From Nemertoderma westbladi (taxonomy: Eukaryota; Animalia; Xenacoelomorpha): DNA of 33,179 bases. The stretch spans positions 1 to 33,179 of the forward strand of contig JAUCBJ010005951.1 of the NCBI GenBank assembly GCA_032718475.1, given 5' to 3'. Positions 1 to 9,123 of the stretch are shown here, piece by piece. Position numbers and translations under genes: made by a program. The notes under the pieces are model-generated. The model was not told where the DNA came from, made no database searches, and saw only the letters and a list, made by a program, of their open reading frames with translations. How positions within the stretch are numbered: the first letter of the stretch is position 1; each line of letters starts with the position of its first letter.

Positions 1-2830
1 GATCTCCTATATGGGGTTTTGCTGTAACTTGTTTATCCTCAGAGGGCCAATCAGTTAATGGTGGTTGTTTAGATCTACCCGATACCATTTCCAATGGAGA
101 AGATCCTAGAGCATCATTGTGGGTTCTATTAATGTCATACACCGCTTCCTGAAGTTTATCGAGCCAAGGTCCACCCATACATCTCAAGCGATCATTCAAT
201 GTCCGATGCACCCTCTCACAAATCGCATTCCCCTGGGGATGATATGATGTTGTTTTTCGTCTGGAAATGTCATGTTTAGAAACAATATTTTTAAATATTT
301 CCGCCAAAAAATTCGAACCTCGATCAGAAAGTAAAACGCGCGGTGGACCCCAATGAAAAACCCAGTTGTCGAGAAAAGCTTTGGCGACAGTAGATGCATC
401 AGTTTTAATGAGAGGAGTCGCAACTAAGAATCGTGTTGCATGATCTATTATGGTTAGTACATGAGTATAACCCGAACGATGTGTTGGTAATGGACCCACT
501 ATATCAATAGCGGCAAATTCAAACGGCAATAGCGCTGGTCCGGTTGGTAATGTTAAAGTTACCGGATGAAATTGCCGATAACCTTTTTGTGAAGCACAAG
601 TGCGGCAGTTTTCAACAGCCGAATGTACCCGTTTCCAAAGATTTTTGCACCATAAACCACCTGTAAGGATACTCAGTCTTGTCTTTTTGACACTAAAGTG
701 CCCTGAACTATGATATTTACCAATAATATTATTAATCTCATTTTCTGGAATTACTACTCGTCCAAAATAATATAAAATACCATCTGTAATAGTATAATTT
801 GGAGGTATTTGTTTGGAATCTTTCAAAGTTTTAATATCTTTATCTTCAGATTGTCTTTTGACCCAATTGGAATTCAGACAAATGCTAATTGCTGCACATT
901 GAGCTTTATCTGATGGGATATATTCGGGGGCTGTTGCATTTAAATTGAGATCAAAATACGAGCGGCTAAGTGCATCAGCTACAGTATTATCTTCACCCTT
1001 CCGATATATAATTTCAAAATCATATCGGCTTAGAGTTTCCCTCCAACGTGCTTGTCTGTCACTGTAACAATTACTCCCCCTAAATACAAGAGCTATTAAG
1101 GGCTTGTGATCAGTTATTACTTTAAATGGTCTTCCATGCAGGTACATATGAAATTTATGCACGGCCCATTTCAAAGCCAAAAATTCCCTATCTGTTGTGG
1201 AGTATCTTTTTTCTGTTGGAGTCAGTTTATGAGAAGCATACGCTATGGGTCTTTCATCAATTATTGGTTGACATAATACAGCTCCAATCCCCACTGAACT
1301 TGCATCTATTTCTAAGACAAATGGGGCCTCAAAGTCTGGCAAACGCAATACCATGTTTTCATCCTTTAAACATGCTTTCAAATGGGAAAATCCTCGTTTG
1401 CATTCATCATTAAATTTAAACTTATTTGATGGTAAAGTTTGAGCTGTATAGAGTGGTGCCGCAATAGTTGCATAATTATGAATAAATTGTGAATAGTAAC
1501 CGCACATACCAGTGAACGTCTGTAATTGTTTTGGTGTTTTAGGTTCGTTATAATTCAGAATACCCTGAATCTTCTCCGGATCCGTCTTCATTAGGCCATT
1601 TTCAAATATAAATCCAAATATTTTTATTGATTGTTTTCCAAACGAACATTTTCTTGGGTTTAGTTTCCATCCATCTTTGATTAATCTCGAGAAAATATTT
1701 TCCAGCATATCAATATGTTCAGGAACATTAGTTGATGGAACTACAATATCGTCTAAATATGGATCAGGTAATTTCCTTGAACTTTCTGGTAGGTATTCAT
1801 CTGTTTTTCTAACAGTTTGACGTATCTCTCTTTGAAACAATGGAGGACAGCGGTGAATGCCATATGGTGCTCTTGTAAATTGGTAAAATCCATTTCCTGC
1901 TTGAAAGGCAGTTTTGGGGCGAACTTCAGGATTGATCTTAATTTGCCAATAGGCTGATTGTAAATCCAATGTACTAACAACCGGACAACCTGATAATTGG
2001 TCGATTATATCCACTATGCGTGGTAAAGGATATTGGTCATGGTCAATGAGTTCATTAAGTTTTGAATAGTTCACACAAAATCTCTTTTTTCCTCCTGGCT
2101 TAGGAGCCAACAGTGCTGGGAAAGCCCATGGTGATTTACTAGGCTCTATCACTTTCATATCCAACATTGTTGTGACATGTTCCATGATTTCTTTCTCCTC
2201 AACTGCACTCCGCCTATAAGCACGTTGAAATATCGGAGTATGATCTCTAGTCTCAAAATTATGTTCGGCATGTTTATAACATCCTATATCTTCTGGAGAA
2301 TTACTAAAGGCATCAGAGTGTTTCCACAGTAATTGTGAAAGTCTACGTCTTTCATTCTCATTCCATTGAGCCGGTAGGCTGAACTGAGATAAAAAGTCTT
2401 CTTTCGAAAGTTCCTTTTTAATTGAAGCAGTTTCTGCAGGTAAACTAATTCGGGATAACCCAAAGTCGATAATTGCTCCACATTTATACAATATATCTCT
2501 GCCAATAATAACACCGAAACGATTTGAATCAATAATACCGAACCAGTGATTACAAAGTTTCCCACCAAGTTTAAATTCCAGCATTGCATATCCTAATATT
2601 TGAAATGGATTTCCAACCAATGCCCTAAGTGTTCTACCTCCACAGCTAGTTTCTGTTGCAAATGATAACAATTGGTCATCATTCGGAATTAAACTAATTT
2701 CTGAACCTGAGTCAATTAAAGCAGTTTTATGTTTACTCATACAACCTTTAACAAACTCAACAGAAACTGAACTGGCTGTCAGGGAACTACTGGACTGCGT
2801 TAGTTCGTCCCTGACAGCCCCGACAAGTTT
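1..2830 (-). CDS. pol: Pol polyprotein (protease, reverse transcriptase, RNase H, integrase), partial: open to the window edge
   Basis: Hand translation of ~942 stop-free codons: PR ALIDSGSEISL; RT SPWAFP..RFCVNY, LDLQSAYWQ, YLDD; RH LEIDASSVGIGAVL, ITDHKPL, NTVADALSR; INT H-x3-H..CRTC, IDIVGPLP, LSDRGSNF, YHPQGNAICERVHRTL. Not in the ORF track, presumably because no stop lies inside the window. Confidence 0.95.
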
Positions 2831-2833
2831 TTT
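2774..2833 (-). promoter_or_regulatory. Programmed -1 ribosomal frameshift signal (gag-pol)
   Basis: A_AAA_AAC in the gag frame (2833-2827), 7-nt spacer, then GGCTGTCAGGGA (2819-2808) pairing with TCCCTGACAGCC (2785-2774); the -1 frame is the pol frame. Confidence 0.88.
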
Positions 2834-3516
2834 GACTTCACACAGTATCGAGAAATATGCCCACATTGCCCACATGTGTAGCAAGTTAAATCCTTCCAAC
2901 AGCGTTCAACAGTATGCCCAACTTTATTGCATGTTGAACATTTGAGTTTCATTCTTGATTCACTCCTATCGGTTGAAAAGTTCCTTCGACCGGTAATTCC
3001 TGCTGCAAACACGGAAGTTTCCTCGGGATCCGGAAGTTGTTGGATGAACTCGGCAACATCGCGCGAAGTTGCCTTCGGATTAGTCGCCCTCCATGTGAAA
3101 ACTGTGGCTTTAATACTCGTCGGTACGCTGTCAACTAAACGCTGAACAACCGCGTCGTCGCCGAGCGAAAGATAGTACGATAAAAATTTCAATGTAATTA
3201 AACCTTTCTGGACTTCAGAGGGTTTCTCTAATTTAAACTTCGAGAAATCAACACTGGGCGATACCGGTTTCTTGCACTTATACCATTCCTTTTCCAGTGC
3301 TTCGATTACAGTTTCAAAAGTGGAACGTTTATCAACGAGTTTGTACTCCATAGTGATAAGCAAATCTTTGGATACAAATTGTGGAAGCCATGTTAGTTTA
3401 GTTTCACCATCCTTGGAATCAATATTTTTACGAGCATAGTAGGCGTCTAATTGTCTCTTCCACGCGTTAAATGATATGGAATCCACACTAAGATATGGTA
3501 AACTACCCGGCAACAT
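2800..3516 (-). CDS. gag: Gag protein, 238 aa, two CCHC zinc knuckles
   Basis: CSTCNKVGHTVERC and CYTCGQCGHISRYC; lies directly downstream of the PBS and overlaps pol. Confidence 0.92.
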   Translation of the reverse strand: MLPGSLPYLSVDSISFNAWKRQLDAYYARKNIDSKDGETKLTWLPQFVSKDLLITMEYKLVDKRSTFETVIEALEKEWYKCKKPVSPSVDFSKFKLEKPSEVQKGLITLKFLSYYLSLGDDAVVQRLVDSVPTSIKATVFTWRATNPKATSRDVAEFIQQLPDPEETSVFAAGITGRRNFSTDRSESRMKLKCSTCNKVGHTVERCWKDLTCYTCGQCGHISRYCVKSKNLSGLSGTN

Positions 3517-3538
3517 TATAAACTGTTATATTTACACA

Positions 3539-3546
3539 CTGCGCCA
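3539..3546 (-). promoter_or_regulatory. Primer binding site, probably tRNA-Ser
   Basis: TGGCGCAG, 1 nt after the LTR end (...TTAACA); complementary to a tRNA 3' end ...CUGCG-CCA, which fits eukaryotic tRNA-Ser. Confidence 0.7.
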
Positions 3547-3547
3547 A

Positions 3548-3716
3548 TGTTAAGATAACAGGTACGGTACTGAAGTAGGGTATCTAAAAGTCTGTCTTTC
3601 TCACATTCCTACATTCCGCATTATATTCAACTAAAGAACAATAATCTCAAATCAAATCTCCCTCCATACACAAATAAGGCTAAAGTAATTCACAACAACT
3701 AATTCACTACGTTACA
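3548..3716 (-). repeat. Putative 5' LTR (~169 bp)
   Basis: Minus strand TGTAAC...TTAACA (TG...CA ends) abutting the PBS. The outer boundary is inferred because the partner LTR is outside the window. Confidence 0.6.
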
Positions 3717-4630
3717 GTAATCCATGAAATTCTAGGCAACTTCATGATTTATCAGGATAGGTAGGTATATACATAGATATATTATATGATTGTCTTATTT
3801 TCTTTCATATTTAATGCTTTCAAAGGGTTGTGGGAGGGGGGGGGGGGGTGTGTTTGGAAGGCTGGTTGCAACCAACCCTACTGTGTTTTATAATTTTTAA
3901 ATATACCGAAAATTGATACAAAATGCTTTAGTGATATGCGAAATCCTGTGGAAAATCATTGGAAAGTCATCATATTCTTAGGCAAATTTGAATTGATAGT
4001 GATACATTATTTATTATATAATAAATACATTTTTAATGAGTAAATAACTCATTTGATTGAATTTTGAGAATGTGAATTCAATTGAATTGATTCAACCGAG
4101 CATCACATTACTACTGATCTTGAGTTTACCACCAAAGAAGGCAAATTTATAAACATTAGCATTATCTTTCAGATCTAACCCTTAATCAAACCCCATCTTT
4201 TAAAATTTGCATATTTCTCATCAGTACAGCTGAGACATCTGAAAAAAACAAACATTGGGTGTGGGCAATAATTTTTTTGAAGAAAAAGTTGGTTCAGCTC
4301 CACTCGCCAGACACCGAAAAAAAAACAAATTTGGCTGAAAAAAAAGATGTCCATAAAAGATTTTAAGCGTAATTAGAATTAGAATTAGTGAGAGTCAAAG
4401 AATACAGACTGTACTGTATTGGGCCTACTGAACCTATATCTATAATATAATTATAATACCTGTTAATAATGTCTACTACAATGTCAAAGGAGTATTCAAC
4501 ACTCGAGAGAGGAATATTCACCCTGATCAGGAATATAAAATCAAAGAAAAGTATGTCGAACGAAGAAGAAAAAACCTTACTCAAATCATTAGCCAGGATG
4601 AATTCGCTGTTTACAGCATCCCTTGGCGAT

Positions 4631-6420
4631 CTAGCCGAAGCGAATGTCCTTAGAACGATCACACTTATAACATCGCCCTCTCTTCCCCTTCCTACACTCA
4701 GTGATTGAGATTAGCTTTGTTTGGTCATTCGAAGTACTCTTGTGTTGTACTCCTTGTACTCTATCAACAATTTGTATGGCAAATGGGCAACGTGGACGGG
4801 TGGAACGCTGTCGAATCCAAATGGACACTAATTCCTGTCCTAGCTCTGTCAGATAAATTCGACGTCGGTGAAGTTGTGTTTTGTTCCATTCAGGAAAAAT
4901 GTCCCTGTAAATAACACATGCGTTGTATGCTGCTATATCAATGATGTTCGAAAAAACTACCATAGGCCACCTCTTCGTACCACGCTTTACACTATATGTA
5001 GACAATGATTGATCACTGGCATCAACTCCACCTTTATATTTGTTATATGACAGAATAATATCCAGCTTTTTATCATCACGTGAGGACAAAGATGCATCAG
5101 CATGCATTGTGCTCAACAGCGTTACAACCTTGCCGCGTTTGGGACAATAAGAAACAATTGTACAATCTTCAGTGTGAGCAAATATGCTGCTGAACCTTTC
5201 CCGACCTTTGGTTTCCACAAATTCTGCAGGTAATTCTGGCTTATTTTTGCGCATTGTACCCACCACAGTCTGATTGCGCTTTAGAAGTTCCTGGGATAAT
5301 GAGTATGAAGTAAAAAAGTTATCAACAGTGATATTTCTTCCAGGTAGACCTTTAGTCGACTCCAATACAACCCGCTGACCTTGATTCTTCTCTACATTAT
5401 CACCCTGTTTACCAGTATAAGGTTCAATATTATGAATATAGTTTTTATCACCAGTGGTCGTAACCCAATTTTTTAAACCATAACGTGCTGGCTTGTTTGG
5501 CATATATTGACGGAATGAACATCGCCCTCGAAATGCCACCAATTGTTCATCCACACAAAGATTTTCTGAAGGAACATATGCTAGAGGTAACTGCTCAACA
5601 AATTTTGTCCATATATTTCGAATAGCTGCAAATTTGTCTAAATCACGTCGCCTTTTTGTTTTGTCATCAAACCTCACAAATCTACAAATTTGTTTGAATC
5701 GTTTCAATGACATAGTAGCGCGAAAAATAGGCCTACCAAAGTCAGCTGACCATAGCTGAGTTACATGTTCAGTGGAAGAGCGAAATACACCACCAAGAAT
5801 CAACAACCCAATGTAGGCCATAAATTCATCGAATATAATGGGTTTCCAATTGTCACCAAGATTTCTATGTGCCTCATTATTTGTCATTTCAAGTATAATA
5901 TTAATCATTGTAATAGTAAAAAATATATAGAAAGAGGAAAGGATATCTCTACACTGACATCGAGCATAACGTGTAGGCCCCGGTGTATTATGAATTACAT
6001 TTCTTTGAGGAGTCTTTTGGGAAACATTGTATGGAGTTTTTCGCCATGAAATCCCCTTTTCAGCGTTTTTACCTTTATGTCTTGATTTATAAAATAAAGT
6101 ACTGCTACCCAATACGTTATCATCATCGGCAGTATCGACATCAGGATCAGACTCTGTATCTGACAAATTCACTTCTTGATCTTCATCAATTGCGACAGGA
6201 TCATCAGATTCATCAGCTTCTTTTCACTACTGCCAACTCCACCTCCTTAAGCATCACTGTCACTATCGTCAATTTCATTAGTCATTGAAAATGTGGAAAA
6301 ACTGAATGGAATTCGTTGCACACGGGTCCGTACTGGGTATTCTCTTCTACCGGTAACCATTTCCACATTTTCGGTAGCTGAAGTTGAACTGGTTCCTGCT
6401 GCAGCACTATCATTCTCCAT
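4631..6420 (-). pseudogene. piggyBac (PGBD4-like) transposase, disabled
   Basis: DDD core intact (CVDEQL, TVDNFF, GGVDASDQ; KPARYGLK). The acidic N-terminus from ATG 6420 has a TAA at 6249-6247 and a frameshift near 6222. The C-terminal Cys-rich domain stops after the first CxxC (RCYKC). Confidence 0.88.
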
Positions 6421-7100
6421 ATTGCAGTAATGATAAATAATGGTCAAAGAATGTGAAAAACTGAAATATTATATTGAAAAGTGTATGTACAGTACATGTA
6501 CAGCATAGGCCTAATCTCGAGAATTCAATACACAATTATTATACAATAACATAGAATACATAGAATACATTATTATTTCCCTTGTACTCTGGTACTACCG
6601 GTACTGCGGTAGCTGACTAGCTTGCTACTACTGTACTAGCAGAAGCAGACTACAGGACAACTGGCTGACTGGACTAGGTCAGTACTGCAGTAGGTCTATA
6701 CACAATACCTGAATACAGCAATACACACACACACTGCAGCACTGACACAGGTCACAGATACAGACAGCAGGACAGACAGCTTTAGCTGTAGGCCTATTGT
6801 ATTTATTTGTATTATTATAATTATAGCATATAGGGTAGCCTAGGTCTGTAGGTCAGTAGGTATTTCTTATTGGCAGAATGGTGAAGGAAGGGCCTGACAC
6901 CTGACAGTCGCCTCTCCAGCTCTCAATACACAAGACTGCAGTACTGCAGCAGTAGGCCTACTGCATGAATATTGAATACAGGAATAGTGAATAATGAATA
7001 GCTGTCCCCTCACAGAGTCTGGTGTTTTCAGTTATCGGTATACAATCCACAATCTGACAGTTCTGCAGTTTTTATAGGTCACTAGGACGGGTAAATCTTT

Positions 7101-7120
7101 TCGACCTACGCGTAGGTCGA
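7101..7120. repeat. Perfect 20-bp palindrome in the piggyBac subterminal region
   Basis: TCGACCTACG|CGTAGGTCGA. Confidence 0.9.
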
Positions 7121-7264
7121 TAAATAATAATTTAGGTAATAATGTATTAATTCAATAACAAGGGAAATAATGATTTAAAATTGCCACCACGTGAAGATCA
7201 ATATATTTACCCAATAGTATGCAGGGCAAGTGTTTTAGGCATTACAGTTATTGAATTTATGTAT

Positions 7265-7485
7265 TGGGGTCGCATGTGACCCCAGGAACCTAAGAGGTTG
7301 TTAAGGGATGTTTCCCATTCCCACCTAGATGGTGGGGGGTAAAAAATTTATACGTTTTTTTGTTCACCATAACCAGGGTTATGCACTTCATGAAAACCAA
7401 CCCAATTTACCTGCACACAAGAAAGCTGTGCTGCTGCAAAGTCGGGTTGGGGTCACACATGACCCCAGGGACACAGAAGGGTTAA
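7265..7485. repeat. piggyBac terminal and subterminal repeats
   Basis: TGGGGTCGCATGTGACCCCA (7265-7284) and TGGGGTCACACATGACCCCA (7448-7467), each followed shortly by TTAA; the outer one ends AAGGG|TTAA (7482-7485). Confidence 0.75.
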
Positions 7486-7606
7486 ACAACACGTGCAATT
7501 AAAATTAGTTTTAGTTCAAATCAATTACAAACCAACTGCTTATATTATGTATGTATACTGTAATTATACAGAATGAGATTATACGTCTTGGGGCGAAACA
7601 TATGTT

Positions 7607-7767
7607 TAGTTACTAGTGCAATTATGACCAAAACACACCGAGATTAATTAATATTGGCATTGGCACGATCTCAAATGAATTAGTGATAAACTTCTAGAGT
7701 AATACTGTAGTACTACTGTATGTACGTACACATTGCTTTCTCAGTTCTACAATAAATTATACTACAG
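7607..7767. repeat. ~160-bp segment in three direct copies (7607-7767, 8977-9123, 30114-30269)
   Basis: TAGTTACTAGTGCAAT...AATAAATTATACTACAG aligned by eye in all three. Confidence 0.9.
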
Positions 7768-7989
7768 CGCCCCTTGACTATTATCTATAGTCAATCGATA
7801 CTAATTTTTTTTTTACAGTTTATGATACGAATTTATGAATGACACTCCCAACTGTACATGTACATATGTTAACGCGTCACCCAAGCAATTATTTGGCAGG
7901 GATTTTATCTCCCCTTACCTTACACCTTGTAAAACCCATGTTTTTACTTGTTTCGCACAAGTCTGATTGGGTTAGATTCTGTCGAAGGT

Positions 7990-8975
7990 TTACCCGAATT
8001 TATCTAATTTCGGAATTTCCAGAGTTTTGTTATTCGATGACTCTGCATCGTCGATGCATATGAATGGTTTGGACTCAATATTCTTGTCCGGAATATCGTT
8101 TAATTTGCTGGTTGATGTGTTAAGTTTTGATGATATAGATGTCACTTGACTTTGTAATGGTGCATCGATTTCGTTGCAACTTATTTCTAAGGGGACCACT
8201 TGTGTGACAGAACGGTTTAGAAATACAGCCCACTTCCCACGTTTTGCGACTTTTATTCTAACGGCTCTAACTATACCATCTCTACTTGATATTAAACTCT
8301 CAATAGTACACAATTTCCACAAACAACGTGGAATTTTTGAGTCGTAGAGTATACAAACTTCACCAATTTTTGGTACGTGTGACCTTGAAGTAATGTTTGA
8401 CTTTTGGTGACGATTTCGTAACTCCTTTAAGGGGGGTATCACCCCCTGCGAATGCAAAATTTTAAAATTTCCTGAAAATTTTTGAAAATTTTTTTTTCTT
8501 CTAATTTTGTGGTTTGATAGAAGGGCTTTTACGTGGTGACATCGGTTTTCACCTTTGAATAATTTTCCACCACAAATCAGAACTTTTCAACAACATAATA
8601 ATATTATTTTGTGGTTCAGGTTGTGCAATAGAAACTTTAGCATATGTTTGAATATCTTTAAGTTTGTTATCGGTACCATCTATAGGATTTTTGTGATTAC
8701 TTTTTTTTGCTAGTTTCTATTTGCTTCATTTCATTTTCTTCGGTCTGATTGAAAATTTGTCTTAGTTCTTTATCATTTGTTTTCCAACCACGAATATTAA
8801 AACCACCTCTAGCTAAGATTGCCTTTGTCGCCAATTGGAGTTGTCGACCTTCTGATATGTCTTTGACCCCCGTATTTAAATTGTCTACATACATATTGTC
8901 TTGTAGTTTAGGGATTGCAGTCGCTTCTAGAGTACTTGCGGATTTCGATTCTAATTTTAAGTGGTGTATGTATAG
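7990..8975 (-). mobile_element. Degenerate BEL/Pao LTR retrotransposon pol fragments, interrupted by a TTAA-GGGGGG-started insert at ~8427
   Basis: RT piece MYVDNL..ILARGGFNIRGWKTN; integrase C-terminal piece PKIGEVCIL..PRCLWKL..SRDGIVRAVRIK..RSVTQVVPLE. Confidence 0.8.
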
Positions 8976-9123
8976 TTAGTTACTAGTGCAATCATGACCA
9001 AAACACACCAAGATTAATTAATATTGGCATTGGCACGATCACAAATGAATTAGTGCTAAACTTTAGTACTACTGTATGTACGTACACATTGCTTTCTCAG
9101 TTCTACAATAAATTATACTACAG

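Larger units (their letters stand above)
1..3716 (-). mobile_element. Ty3/gypsy (Metaviridae) LTR retrotransposon, apparently intact; 3' part runs off the window
   Basis: Order LTR-PBS-gag-(-1 frameshift)-PR-RT-RNaseH-INT on the minus strand; RT-RH-INT order is the gypsy type; no stops or frameshifts found on manual translation. Confidence 0.95.
4645..7485 (-). mobile_element. piggyBac-family DNA transposon, 3'-truncated
   Basis: Transposase remnant plus terminus TTAA|CCCTT... at 7485-7477 with subterminal GGGGTC-N6-GACCCC palindromes; no matching second TIR found. Confidence 0.85.

Noticed and set aside
196-2589. Short ORFs 196-423, 1126-1413, 1753-1980 and 2284-2589
   Set aside because: Alternate-frame or antisense shadows of the continuous pol frame.
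4631-6172. 513-aa ORF as an active or domesticated piggyBac transposase
   Set aside because: It starts at a GTG downstream of a stop and frameshift, and the Cys-rich domain is truncated; no splice evidence for rescue.
7607-9123. 160-bp direct repeats as LTRs of the BEL fragment
   Set aside because: No TG...CA ends, PBS or PPT; one copy directly abuts RT coding sequence.
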